DNA from: Octopus sinensis
Lineage: Eukaryota
DNA length: 64,000 nt
Direction of reading: 5' to 3'
Assembly (NCBI RefSeq): GCF_006345805.1
Contig: NC_043013.1
Coordinates: 56,730,001 to 56,794,000 of the forward strand
Shown here: positions 12,547-26,589 of the stretch, in pieces
How positions within the stretch are numbered: the stretch's first letter is position 1
Layout: each line of letters begins with the position of its first letter
Notes under the pieces: model-generated
The model's database searches: none
What the model saw: the letters and a program-made list of their open reading frames with translations, nothing else
What the model was told of the DNA's origin: nothing
Made by a program: the position numbers and the translations under genes

Positions 12547-15500
12547 TAGAATCACATTGGATGAAATGTCTAATCAGATGGTAGAGTTAATCTATTACTT
12601 GATTTAATACAATCATCTGGCACCTTCAGTCCCTTTGGAAGAGTTTGCTGTTTGGTAAGAATTCAGGTCAGTCTGGGATCAGAGGATAACTGTCTTGCTC
12701 TTCCTTCCCTTCACCTGTCATAGAAACCCCTGGAAAGGGCCATAAACTGACAACTGCAAAAAACAATGGTAAAATATTATATTCTTCAACACCAAAGCAC
12801 TAAACTCAATATAAAATCACTTATTGATAACACAACTACCTCTTCTACTAAAGCACCTCCATCAGCGAACTAAATTAATGCCTTAATTACTCCACTAATT
12901 GATCTCAATAGGTGAAACCTTACATCTTCAATATCAAAATTAAAACAATAAGTGTGTCTATGTCTGTGTGTATATGTTGGAGTGTCTGTGAATCTGTGTG
13001 TGCGTATATTCTTGTATGCATGTGTATCTGTGTTTGTGTGCTTGTGAGTTTGTCTGTGCATCTGTGTGTGTGTTTATGTGTGTCTCTGTATGACTGTGTG
13101 TCTGAGTGTCTACACATCTCTGCATGTATTTGTTGCTGTTAAAATCAATGTTGAGTCAAAAGGTGGAACTTAATCGTTTGATAAACAGATTGGCTGAAAT
13201 AACTGCTCGGTTTGCTGGGACCAATTAAAAACACCTTAAGGTGTGTTCTATCAAAATGAAGAGATGAACAGAACAGCTTCTATTTTGTAGAGTGACCAGC
13301 CAGCAGAAGTAGAAATAGCAGCCAGATCTCCCTCAAATTAATACACTATTACATTAAAGGGAGAAAAGGAACACATTGGGTGTTATAGTTCTCATTATCT
13401 CTAAAATGATTTATGGTTGTAGGTGACACACCTTTTAAATGTCAGATTGTGTTTGATTTAAATAGTGACTGTTATAAGTTTCATTTATGGCCAGAAATAT
13501 ATGGAGTATATTTTCTTTGAAAAATATCAGGAAACTGTCCATTATATTTCTGTAAAATGAATAACGGGATTTTACTACAGCTGTTTAAATCTCACAGTAA
13601 CAGCTTTAAAAGTTGTTAGCAAATTAGCTTAGCCATTACAACTACGTTCAGGTTTATATTTGATGGAAATAGCAGCTGCTGTATTTTGTCTATTTGATGG
13701 TAATATGAGGAGATAATTGTCATTTGAGGACTGGTCAATGACTCATGAATCACATTAGGACAATCTCCTTTATTTTCTGTGAAGTGATTAGAGTGATCCA
13801 GTTATGACCATCACACAATGTCTATGAACTGTTTGCATATGACTGTGCACCATTGACTGGGCAGGATTAAGTTGAAGGGAGACAACCAATTTTGAATTCT
13901 GGATAAAAGTCTTTAAAGACTCGCTACTCTTCACATGGGATGACTGGACTTCTGGTGGATCTGCTGAGAGAATCCAGTTGTCAGGTGTCAGGTTTCAATG
14001 GCCAGAAAGATGATATCAAGCCATGAGGCAGTGGGACATGAGACAGATTAAATAAAGAACCGTGCAACATATGGAATATCATATTCAATTGTGTCTCTAA
14101 GGTACCCTGCCCAGTCTTCTTGGCAGCTGTGAAGAATAAGAGTCAGACGGGTTGTTTGCACGAGTCCTCTTTTACTATAATCTGAGTTTAGTACCAGTCA
14201 TGAGTCAGATGTTTTGAAGCCATTGAGAGAAGGCGTTGCAGGTCATCATATGCTTCTCCGACAACGAAAACGAAAAACCTCCACTTCCATAGTTTCATGA
14301 CACATAAGATGTTGTATAGAAGCCCTCAGGAATCTCTGCTTCCTTGCATGACTCTTCCTTCTATTGTCGGTTCTCTTTAAGAATAATGTTGGTGTATAAG
14401 ATGATGTCTTAGTGTTCTTTGACACTAAAGGATAAAGTTAAAAACACATCTCACCTTTCTATATACTAAGCAACTAATGTTGTAATACGATACTGTACAC
14501 ACACATACACACACACATCCAGTTCTACATTAGTCAATCTAATCTGTTTATAGAAAAATGATTTGAGGGGAATTTGTCTGCTATTTCTAGCAGGTTTATA
14601 AAACAACAAAGTAAAGGCTTCTTCATTGTCAGAAGAAACAATGTTACCCACAGCTTAATTGTTTAATAAGGCAATTAAAATCTGACAAGCATGGAGCTTG
14701 TATCTAAATGAGGAATCTTTGTAATTTTCAAAACAAATTGTCAGCAATAAATTTGGTGTGTGTTAGGAATATGATAACATTACCAAGTGAAGTAGCTGAC
14801 ACCCCTCACTTCTAAGGGATTATTCCTGGCTGACTGTCACAGTTGAGACCCCTCGCTTATAATGGATTGTTCACGCTTGCAATGCTATTTAAAACCAAAA
14901 CTCAAAACCAGTTCTTATCATACATTAGCCAGAAAACATGCAGGTAAGAATTAAGACATGCTGTTGCCAATGACATAGCGCATACAACTCTCAAGACATA
15001 GTCTTCAGTGCAATGAGCACCAATCAGTTGCACATATTAGTTGTGGGTCTTTGATATGAAGACCAATAGCTCCCTTCTCTTCCTCTACCAAACTAATAGG
15101 AATCCAAGAAAAGGGTCACACAGAGTGACCTGACACCTGCTACGAAGCTATAGATTTTTGTTCTCAGACATCAGCCATCTCTTTGCCTGGGCAGTAGCAA
15201 GGTGTTGTGTTAGGAAGAAGATACAAATCAAGGAATCTTGACCAAACATTCTGGCATTTTATCAACAACACCAGACCTAAATACATTCTCACTCATCAGA
15301 CACAATAAAGTAAAATACTTTAATTCAATTATCTCTCTACCCCCCTTTCTCCCTCTTTTTCTCTCTCTCCCATTTTCCTCACACCTCTCCCTTTCTCTAA
15401 GGAATTTTTTGATTTACTTTTTATAAATTTTTATACATTATTCCTCTCAAAAACTAATTTTTTAGAAACATTTCTGTCTTTGTCCTTGCATTTCAAAAAT

Positions 15501-16159
15501 TGTAATCTTATTAGGGAAGAAAAAAACAAAACAAGAAAAAAAATAAATAACGAAAACTACAATAATAAGACATAATAAACTACTTCAAAAATTTACAACA
15601 AATACCCAAAAATATATAATTTTCATAAATCATATGAAAGAAAGATACCACCACCACCACCACCACCACCACCAAAAGACAACAACAATAACAACAATAA
15701 AAAAAGAAGATAAGAAAGAGATAAATAAGTAGCAATGATGAAGTTGTATCCCAAGAGAGAGAAAGAAAGCAAGAGAGAAAGAGACAGAGAGGAAGAGAGT
15801 AAGAGAGAGAGAAGGAAAGAGAGTGAGAGGAAGAGAGAAAGAGAGTTATGTTTATTGTTGTTATGATTTGTTAAATGCTTGTATCGTTATCTACGTCATT
15901 AACTCACAGACACTGCATGGTCTGCTAACGGCAGAAAAACTGTTTAATAGCAGCAATTACTTTTATTGGCTTCTCACCCTCTCTCACACACACTCACTCT
16001 GCAAGCATAGGTGTAGCCAAGTGTATGTGCGTGTGTAGTTATAGGTATGTATAGGTAGGTGTTGTTATATATATATGAGTGTGCTTGTTTTCATAGGGTT
16101 AGGTGTGTATGTATAGATTTAGGTATATACATGTATATTATACACACACACACACACAT

Positions 16160-16405
16160 GAAGACTTGTCAAGCCAAGTGAAATCCTAATTGTGTCAGTT
16201 GACTGTGTCATATAAATGGCACTTATGCCAGTGGCATGTGAGAAGCTCCAATTACACTCTCAGAGTGGTTGGCATTAGGAAGGGCATCCAGCTATAGACA
16301 CCAAGACAAATCAGACAAGAGTCTAGTGCAACCCTTCAGCTTACCAGTTCCAGTCAAAGTGTCAAACCCATGCCAGCATAGAAAGTGGACGTTAAATGAT
16401 GATGA

Positions 16406-16442
<37 letters not shown>

Positions 16443-16588
16443 GTTAGGAAGGGCATCCAGCCGTAGAAACACTGCCAGGTCAGACAGGGCCTGATGCAGC
16501 CTTCTGGCTTCACAGACCCCAGTTGAACCGTCCAACCCATGCTAGCATGGAAAGCAAACGCTAAATGATGATGATGATGATGATGATG
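16160..16588 (+). mobile_element. Two tandem RTE 3'-tail copies (truncated LINE or RTE-dependent SINE) separated by (TA)n
   Basis: GGCGTTAGGAAGGGCATCCAGC...CCAACCCATGCTAGCATGGAAAG...(GAT)n matches 35568-35712. Confidence 0.85.
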
Positions 16589-16624
16589 TATATATATACA
16601 GGTGTACTTGTTCCTGTGTATACG

Positions 16625-16880
16625 TGAAAGCATGTGGCCAAGAAGTTATGTTACTAGATTCCCAATATTAAGGTCACAGTTTTGATCTCTGGACAAGGCA
16701 GTGCATTTTGTCCTTGAGCAAGGCACTTAATTTTTTCTTGTTGCTCCAGACTGCTTAGCTGAAAATTGGTCCCAGCTGAGTGCAGGTTGACTCTCTCCCT
16801 TTCCAAGTGTTACATCCTTCATGTTTCATTTAAAGAAGTTTAGGAGCGCTGTGGGAGTGTCTATGTCTGCTCACAACAGT
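16625..16880 (+). mobile_element. tRNA-derived SINE (family C), degraded
   Basis: TGTCCTTGAGCAAGGCACTT...TTGCTCCAG core shared with 20890-20947 and 52780-52830. Confidence 0.5.
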
Positions 16881-17699
16881 ACAGGCTCCCAACATAACAA
16901 GGGAAAGACTGCTACAAGCTGTCACATTGCACTGACTTGCAAGTGATGGCTAAGAATGTGTGTGTATCATGGTATTGACCTCTCAGATAGTCTTATACGT
17001 TGCCAGTCACAATGTGATTTGCATCATTTTAGCTTTCAAATGAAGCCCCTCTGCTGGCTAGGCAGGCAGGATGCCATTCCCTCCTCCAAGCAGCCAGTCA
17101 TCATCGTTACAGTATGAAAGGATCTGAAACATCCAAGGACCGTATCATTGTCCAGTGTCTACTTCGGCATAGTTTCTAATGCCTACCACTTTACAGAGTG
17201 TACTGGGTGCTTTTTTTTATCTTGCCACCAGTGCTAGCAAGGTCACTCACAAAACTAAGGTCCTCCTTGATTGAGTGTGACTATAGGAGAGACAGGGCGT
17301 GAGTTTATGTTTAGAGACGAGAGGTTAGTGTATGAAAGAAGGAACAAGTAAGGAAGTTGTTTCTTCCTTTAAAGAAGCTTCTCAACGACTCAGCTTATGG
17401 AAGATTGGGTGGGCGTAACTGGAGAGATAGTGGAAAAAGAGATGAAGAGTCATGACTGATACTGAAGGGAAAGAGAAGGGAATTAGAATGTGAATAGAGA
17501 CCAGAAAAGTACATGGGGTGAGTGGGAGATGAGGAATGGTTTAGGTAGCAAATACACAATCAAGAACAAGGAGTGGTTGTTGATAAATAGAAAGAGGAAA
17601 GATAGGGAAGAGTAGGTGACAACTGTAGAGACTGGATATTGTGAATGGTAGAGAAATTTGGAAGAGTGATCGATGATACATATGAAATGTAACAATAGA

Positions 17700-17965
17700 T
17701 ATTACTATGCTGGTGTCATACAAAAAAAAGCACCCATGCTGGTGTCACATGTATAAAACACTTGTGCTGGTGTGCTGTTTAAAAATCACCCAATACACTC
17801 AGTAGAGAGGTTGGCATTAGTAAGGGAATCCAGCCATAGAAACCTTACCAAAAACATACAGTTGGAGCCTGGTACACTTCTCGAGCTTGCCAGCAACAGT
17901 TTAGCTGTCCATCCTATGCCAGCATGGAAAACAGATGTTAAATGATGGTGATGATGATGATGATG
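17700..17965 (+). mobile_element. RTE 3'-tail copy with three degenerate GCTGGTG...AAAAAGCAC units
   Basis: Similar to 35396-35712; (GAT)n tail. Confidence 0.75.
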
Positions 17966-18479
17966 TGGCTGAAACTGTTGGTGTCAAGGTTCTCTAAAGA
18001 ATTGACCACATCTTCCAATCAGTTATGAGAACTGATCCATGACTATATTAGGGAAAGTAGGATCAAATGAATGTTGTATGAGAAGATATTCTGAAATTAT
18101 TGAAATTTATGAAAGGGACCAAAAATCTGGTAATATGTGTAACATCTAGCAATGCTCAAAAGTGAAGTGCAGATAACTTCAATAAATTAAAAAGTAAATG
18201 ACCAAAACTCAATCTCCTTGCTTTGGGAATGAACCCTCTCATCTTTGGTATCAAGCAAGGGTGACAACTATGGGCATGTTTCAACCTGGTAGACTTCATC
18301 AATATAATAGAGTTTAAGGATATAATTTTTTTTTTTCTTCTATAGAGAAATAAAAGTTACAAATAATAAAGGTTCTTCTTTGGCAGATAAGAAATAGCAG
18401 AGCTATAAATGAAGATTTTGAATTTCTGGTGAATTAGAAATTATGAAAACGTACTTAAGACTTCTTGCTATTCAGTGGA

Positions 18480-18700
18480 TCGGCAGTTATGACATTGCAG
18501 TGTTTCAGACGTATGATTCGGTGTCAGCTGGACTGTTATGACATTTCAGTGGATATTAAATTTTGAGATATCAGGAGATAATATAATGTTATTACATTGT
18601 CATTGTATATGTCATGCTATGACATTTTCATAGTATATGCGTAGTTATGACATTACTGTATATGTACGAAGTTTTAACACTGCAGTGGATAGGAAATTAT
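18480..18700. repeat. Degenerate ~27 bp minisatellite (GTTATGACATT core)
   Basis: Core or variants at 18486, 18535, 18588, 18616, 18644, 18671. Confidence 0.6.
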
Positions 18701-20588
18701 CACACGGAGTGGATATAAAAATATGGTGCCATTTGATGTAAAGAAATGATTCTGGTGATATGATCATCCTCATCATCATCACCATCATCATCATCGTCAT
18801 TATCATCATAATCGTCATCATCATATCCAAATAATAACATCAGTTAAATGCATATACTTGTATGTACATCTACAATAGAACAACAAGAAGTGTCTTTGCC
18901 TACGTTTTATAATCCTTAATCCTATCAACTAAACATAATAACAGTTAACACATGAGAAAATACTTCAAGAAAATAACTACAAAACGCAGCATAAAAATTG
19001 GCAAAAATAAAACGCAGCACAAACCTTCACCATTTTATATGTTAGCAGGGGTTATATTGCGACAAAATATCTGCATACGTTTATAAATGTTCACTGATAA
19101 ATAAATAATAGTACTCAGAGTTTGCAAACTTGGAATTTTATGATTCGATACATAAAACATGAATTGCAAATAAGCGAATTAGATAGAAAAAAAATAAAGT
19201 TATCCAGTTGTTGCCATTCTGTGTCAATCTCTTTAAATTATAAATACACAGGAAATGCAATATAATGGTAGGTTTTTCTCCGGTAAATGGGTTGTTACAT
19301 TCCCGGCTTATCTCCTTTTCCCCTCTTATAATAGAGCATCTAAAGTAGTCCCTACCTGAAAATACCTATTTACCATTCCACTTTTATACATTTAAATTGC
19401 TTTTGTGCTTGTATGTGTGTATGTGTGAGAGAGAGAGAGAGAGAGAGAGAGTGTGTGTATTTATTTATCTGTTTATCTATTTTCTTTTTTACACCCGCAC
19501 ATCCATCATTCCAGCCATCAAAAGCATCCATCCATCAATCCACTCATAAGCATATACAATCATTCATCCATTCATGTAGCTATCCATGCATACATATGAG
19601 AAGGTGGGAGAGAGAAGGAGAGAAACTAGGAAAGAGAGAGGGCATATATATATATATACAGATATAGATAGATGATACATAGATAGCTAGGTAGAGAGCT
19701 GGATAGATTTATATAGATACATACATACATACACACGTCTGTATCTGTGTGTGTGTGTATAAGCTTAGAGTACAAAAGTGCTGAGATAATGTGATGATGG
19801 CTAAGTAAGCAAATATATGGACATGAATTTGTTTAGTAACAATATATTTATCTCTGCTCAATAAATAAAACTTTTGGTTAAAACATAGAGCTTTCAATTA
19901 CAAAATGGAGAACAGGTTCACTAGTTTCACCTATCTTTACCAGCTCATCAGGAGCGTGTATTTTCTTCTACACAAAGTGAGCTAAATAAACAAATAGAAA
20001 TAGATAGATGGATAGAGGTATAGAGGGAGAGGGAAAGAAAGAATGTGTTTTTGCATCTTTCAGTTACTTAAAAAATGCCCCACACAACAGGCCCTGTGTT
20101 TTTTGCTGACATTTGTATCTAATCAGTGACCTGTTTCTGGTTTCACATCACAGACTTGTGCTTAACATGTCTCATATCATTTGCATTCAAACGTTAATGA
20201 TGAATTCGGAATGTTCTTGATTTGTTTCATTATTACTCCCAATATTCACAGAAAGGTTGAATATCTCACAATATTAAACATTTATAGAATGACCTATCCT
20301 GCCAGCGCTAAATGCTAGACATATCAACTTGTAGATATAAAACAGAACAGAGCAAACAACAGAAACACTTTATAGCAGTAAATTTAGAAGACAAAATGCT
20401 CTCTGGTGGAATTAGGAACATGGTCGCATGGCAGACGATATAACAGTTACAGTCCTTTCTGTGGGTCTCTTGCTCTTTTCTCTCTCAAACTGGTGTTGAT
20501 AACTTCTGAAGGATTGGTCAATGGGTAGAAATGTAGAAGGTTCATACAAAATATATTGTGATTCTTGTTCTTTCTATCTGTGTTGTGT

Positions 20589-20947
20589 GAAGGCCCATGG
20601 CTTAGTGGTTAGGGTGTTTCCCTAAGGCAGCGAGCTAGCAGAAATGTTAGCATGCTGGACGAAATGCGTATCCATATTTTATCTGCCGTTACATTTTGAG
20701 TTCAAATTCTGCCGAGGTCGACTTTGCCTCTCATCCTCTTGAGATCGATAAATTAAGTACTAGTTATGCAATGGGGTCGATGTAATTGACTTAATCCGTT
20801 TGTGAGTCCTTGTTTGTCCCCTCTGTGTTTAGCCCCTTGTGGGTGGTAAAGAAATAAGTTAGGGTATTTTCCTAAAAATCACTAGATCAGAGATTTGATT
20901 CCTAGACCAGGAATTGTGTTCTTGAACAAAACACATCATTTCACATT
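20589..20947 (+). mobile_element. SINE family C interrupted by a family A SINE
   Basis: A-box TGGCTTAGTGG at ~20598; B-box-like ATTTGATTCC and GTGTTCTTGAACAAAACAC core resume after 20875. Confidence 0.75.
20626..20857 (+). mobile_element. Full-length SINE family A with 18 bp TSD
   Basis: A and B boxes; core GACTTTGCCTCTCATCC...GATAAATTAAGTAC (resembles the Meta/MESC-type SINE core); TSD GTTAGGGTGTTTCCCTAA (20608-25) / GTTAGGGTATTTTCCTAA (20858-75). Confidence 0.88.
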
Positions 20948-21152
20948 CATCTATGTCTCATAAGAAAGACAACTAAAAAAGGTTGAGGTAGGCTTTGCGC
21001 TCTCACTGCACCAGCATTGAGGACCAAAAACAGACCCAAGGGCTGGAGAGTTGTTGTCTGAGTGGTGCAAAGGTGCCCCCTGCCAGGCAGAAGTAGGGGA
21101 ATTACCAACAAATGGTGGATGCAGTGATGCGCTATTATAATGCATGTCCCCA

Positions 21153-21193
<41 letters not shown>

Positions 21194-21756
21194 TGTAGTC
21201 TGAGTTCAAATTCTTCTGAAGTCAATTTTGTCTTTCATCTTCCCAATGTCAATAACAAGAGAATACATACCACCCAACATTGTAGATGTTACATTTAGTT
21301 GACTATATGGGGGTTGAGGATGAGACTGTGTCTGCTCATGATAACACATGGCTACCTTTATTAATTAGTGAAGGTCTGTTACATATTATGGAGAAGAAAT
21401 GGTTGTGAGTAAGAGCCATAATTTCATGTTTTGGAATAGATTATATTACAATCTTGGTAGTTCAGTCATAGTCAATCTTTAGTCTCAAGTTTTCTGTTAG
21501 AAACAAGTTCTTCAGCCAGTTTATGTTTTGAGATATTCCTGGTCCAATCTTCTGAATGAAGTCGTTATTGGTGACAGTTGTTATCATTATTGCCATTGAA
21601 TAACATGTAAAAAATGATTGGGAGAATGTTGTGTTAATAATAATGTTATAATTGCCAGATTTCACATATTCGTACAAAATTGTTTATGTCAAATTGTTTT
21701 AGAAAACAGAAACTTGACAACTCCATTTTTATATGCAATTTTAGGGATAAGAAACA

Positions 21757-21788
<32 letters not shown>

Positions 21789-24739
21789 TATATTTATGCC
21801 AAAACAACTCCAGTGAATGCTGTGTGTTGTTTCTGAGATTTTTGGTCACATTTATTCCATAGTGCTTTTCTCTCACAGAATCACATCGTTTGATGTTCAT
21901 CCATTTTTTCCCTGTACATGAGAAAATTGCAAATAAAATTCGTAAATAAATGATAAAAATAGAATGTAGGTATGTGAGATATGTTTTAGCTTGTATAATT
22001 TGTATTTACCTCGTTCAATTTGTTTGTTTTTGCTTTTCTGTCACCTCACCTATTTTAACATGCATGATTGAGTGGCAAGAATTGTGTTCAATTAATTACA
22101 ATAGTTTTTTTTTAAATTTCATTTGTCAAGTAGAATCTAAATTTTGTTCCTGTGTTGTGATTTTATAACCAATATCTCATATCTGGAAAGACATTCATTG
22201 CTGCCTGGCATATATACACCTATGTACATTCATTACTGCATATACACACCTGTGGACATTATTTGTCACCATGTCTATATAACTTGGCGGAAATTCATTG
22301 CACATAAGACATTATTAGTTGGTGGTGGTCACTCTTGGCTCTGTTTTATATTTATGTTATTACTTGTTTCTGAATTTAAACATTGAGTTATATAAATCTC
22401 TAATTAAACTATATTGGATACCAAAATGGAAGATGAAGCTATTTTCAGCATCATCCTTTCATATCAAAATTTCGTTCTAAAAGTCCAAAATAATTATGAA
22501 AAAACCCCCCAAAAATCACATGTTCTCACAGAATGCCAATGTATATTTCACACAAAGCCATTGTGACACATTTTATTATTTAATACAGAACTAAAGAGAA
22601 AAAGAAATAATAATGAAAGTATTTCATAAAGAATTTCTCAAGACAAACACTCCAAGATTATTTATTGAAGGTATATTTATAGCAAAATATAATACCAACA
22701 TTAAAACAGAGTTGGTATATTGTGGCAACACATGCAAGGTGTCCCCTTCAGGGACAAACTATTTCCTGATCATTAAATGTTTGAAGGAAAAATCTCAGAT
22801 GTGTTCATAAGAATGTCATTAATGGCAGAGTAGCAGTGCTGTTATAATTGTGTCCGTAAATTGCAACAAATGCCACTGACAACCATTTCCTCCTTGACAT
22901 GAAGCTGGAAAGTTTTCGAAACGTTGATGGGCCAAGCAATTTCATTGTTTCAAATAAAATATAAATTCTAATAAGAAATTTTCAATCCTTTCTGATAGGA
23001 TAAAACTTTTATTAATTTATACACATACATACACTCATATACATGCATACACACATGAAAATAGGGTGTATAAATACATCTATACACAGCATGTGTGTGT
23101 GTATGTGTGTGTGTGTACACATTTATAAATACATGTATATGAATGTATGTATATAAATGTATCTCTAAACATATGACTGTTTGTACATATGCACAAGTAT
23201 GTGTGCATGCACACATATACACACACATATGTATATAAATCTGTGTACACACACTCAGATATGGTTAGACAGGCTCAAAATTCTTAGAGGTTTTGAACAT
23301 ATGACAAAAGCGTTTACTTAATAGTTGATACAGGACCCTTTTAGCACATTTACAGGGTCCCCAACAGAACAATGCAGTCAGACCCCACTCATAAAAAGTA
23401 AAGCACAAAAACCAACACCTTGTAGAGGACCTCCCAGTGTCCCCAAGCCTTTGGACAGCTCTGGCCCCTTTTCATTTGTTACAGGTCAACTCTTCTTCTC
23501 AGTACAGCTACCACTGGTTACTTATTTGTGTATATTTTGTATACACGCCATAGATTTCCTACCTTCTCCATTTCTGCATATAAAGTCCAGCCCATGCTAG
23601 CACGGAAAATGGACGTTAAACGATGATGATGATGTGATGATGATGAAAGCATGGTCCCTTTCTATATGCCAGTAGAATCTTATTTTCTTTCAAACTAAAG
23701 CCATGGTCTTTGATAAGTTTACTCTAAGACCTTTGATTTTAGCTGTTTTTCAATATTTAAAGTTCCAACTTTAATACTTTACCAAAATCAGCTATTATAA
23801 CCGAATCATTGGTATGTAGGTATTCTTAAATTCCTGCTATATTTTGGTGGCATTAGAAATAGTTGAAAATTCCATTGTTTTCTGCAGAATGATTTCTTTT
23901 TGGAAAGAACAGTGGCATAACCTGATATAAGTCTGTGGATTAAATGTTCTTGCTTCTAAATTCCTGAACTCATTTTTAATAGACTGCACTATATTTTGGC
24001 AATAATTCTTTGGCAGTACTTGTTGATTCTTAGCAGGCAACATCTGAATATTGCACCATTCTTGACAGCTTAATAAATAATGCATCTTGTCTATAGACAC
24101 AAAGATATTTATATTCTTTATTTATATTTGATACTAAGTTCAACAATTCCATGTAAGCAATGCAAAGTTACCAAATTCCTGGTCTAATCATCCATCAGAC
24201 AATACATTGTTTCCGATATCCAAGAGAATGCTTCCAAAACACATTAATTATTAGCATTAGACTATCATAGACGACTTGACATTACAAATGCAATTATTTC
24301 TTGTCAGAACAGATATAGAGAGATGGAAATCAGAGAAATATAGGAAAAATATAACAAGAGCTTTGGTTTTAAAGCCAACAACAGTCAAGGAAGTTATATA
24401 TATATACAGTAGAATGCTGGTTGAGTGAAAAATGGTAGACATATATTTTGCAGAAAACTGTTGTGTGTATATGTATGTATATCATTTAAGTACACAAATT
24501 ACGAAAGACCTACCAGCTACTTATAGATCCATGCTTTTACAAGACTTGCAATAGGCAGGTTTATAAAATAAGTATCTCCAAGTGATCTTTCAGACACTGT
24601 TTATGTGTTGTATGTATTTTCAAAACCAGGGCGCTGGACTGTGAGAACATGAGGAAAAAATGCAAAAAGTGTAAACTAGAAGAGAAGAAAGGGAAGCAAG
24701 AAAGCCAAGATCCATATCCTCCCAGATTGTAGAAACCAC

Positions 24740-24985
24740 AATTAATGCATGCCAGTGGCACGTAAAAAGCACCATCCGATCGTGGCTGTTTGCCAGCCTC
24801 GTCTGGCACCTGTACAGGTGGCACGTAAAAAGCACCCACTACACTCATGGAGTGGTTGGCGTTAGAAACACTGCCAGGTCAGACTGGGCCTGGCGCAACC
24901 TTCTGGCTTCCCAGACCTCAGTTGAACCGACCAACCCATGCTAGCATGGAAAACGGACGTTAAATGATGATGATGATGATGATGA
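24740..24985 (+). mobile_element. RTE 3'-tail copy with two GTGGCACGTAAAAAGCAC units
   Basis: Close match to 35396-35712; (GAT)n tail. Confidence 0.88.
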
Positions 24986-25445
24986 ATATAGCAGAAAAGA
25001 TGCCAAGGTCTGTGAGACAGCCACTTAATCCAGAGTAGGTGGTGTACTCAAGTTTGACAAAAGACACTTATATATGTGTTTGCACTTGCTAAAACTCAGA
25101 TCTGGAATATAGCCGTGTAGTGGAATTCTTAGATCTAAAAAGAATACATGATCATTCTGCTTTGTATAGATTGCATTTAGTGTTCAACATATGGCTTGGA
25201 TTTTTTCATAATCCTCCACTTGATAGAGACTTTGAAGGCGTTCTGTGATCTGGATTTGTTAGATAGTCTGATGAAAATTTGCTAAAGACAAAACTTTAAA
25301 GACACAGCCAACTTTCCCTTTATAATTATGCGTAATACTTTGCATAAATATATTGACCTATTCAGTGATCCTTCAGTTAAGGTTTAGCTGCAATGGTGCA
25401 TAATAAAATGCATATTAATGTGTGCGTGCGTGTGTGTGTGTAATG

Positions 25446-25660
25446 TGGTGAGCTGGCAAAATCGTCAAGATGCTGGATGAAATGCTTAGTGGTATTTTGC
25501 CCATCTTTACATTCTGAGTTCAAAATTGAGCTCATCTTTGCCTTTCATCATTTTCAGATTAATAAAATGAGTACCAGTTGAATATTGGGGTTGATGGAAT
25601 CAACTTAACCCTACCACCACTATTGAAATTGATGACCTTAAACCAAAATTTGAAGCCAAT
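25446..25660 (+). mobile_element. SINE family A
   Basis: GGTGAGCTGGCAAAATCG head, GAGTTCAAA B-box, core CTTTGCCTTTCATC...AAAATGAGTACCAG. Confidence 0.8.
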
Positions 25661-25869
25661 GCCACACACACAACTATATATATGTGTATCTGTTTATATA
25701 TATACATGTATATATATAAACAGATACACATATATATAGTTGTGTGTGTGGCATTGGCTTCAAATTTTGGTTTAAGGTCATCAATTTCAATAGTGGTGGT
25801 AGGGTTAAGTTGATTCCATCAACCCCAATATTCAACAGGTACTCATTTTATTAATCTGAAAATGATGAA
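25544..25869. repeat. 326 bp spacer-less palindrome (163 bp arms, one mismatch seen)
   Basis: Centre CA|TG at 25706/25707; arms TTCATCATTTTCAG... / ...CTGAAAATGATGAA. Confidence 0.95.
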
Positions 25870-25959
25870 TATATATATACATGTATATATATGTATGTCT
25901 ATATGTTTATATATATATATGTATGTATATATATATATGTATGTATGTATATATGTATA

Positions 25960-26033
<74 letters not shown>

Positions 26034-26051
26034 GTATGTATATATATATAT

Positions 26052-26142
<91 letters not shown>

Positions 26143-26183
26143 TGTATATATATATGTATGTATATATATATATATGTATATAT
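25870..26183. repeat. (TA)n-rich microsatellite
   Basis: Read directly. Confidence 0.95.
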
Positions 26184-26589
26184 ATTTGATTTGTTTACAT
26201 ATTTCTCGATAAATTATGAGCGCTAGACAATATACCACAAATCCCTAGTTTTGTCGGGACGTTCGGAGTCTGCGCAGTGATATGATTAGTTAGAGAGAGT
26301 AAATCATTTGAAGCACATGCTTCTAGTGAGTTAGGATCTCAGAAAAACAGGGCTCTCACTGACGAATTCTCCCTGAGCAAATAAATTATCTTTATTGCTG
26401 AAAAGAAAGAAACTGCAGTCTGAGAATAACCGAGTTAGTAAATGTTTTTATCTTCATTTCACTTAATTTATCAAGCTTCTGTGTTCCTAGCACATATTTC
26501 GCCTTAATGTACTGATATATGGAAAATATATGGCTTGTGTTAGTAATACCAGCGATTATAATTATTTTTAATTTATCGCAATTTGATTT

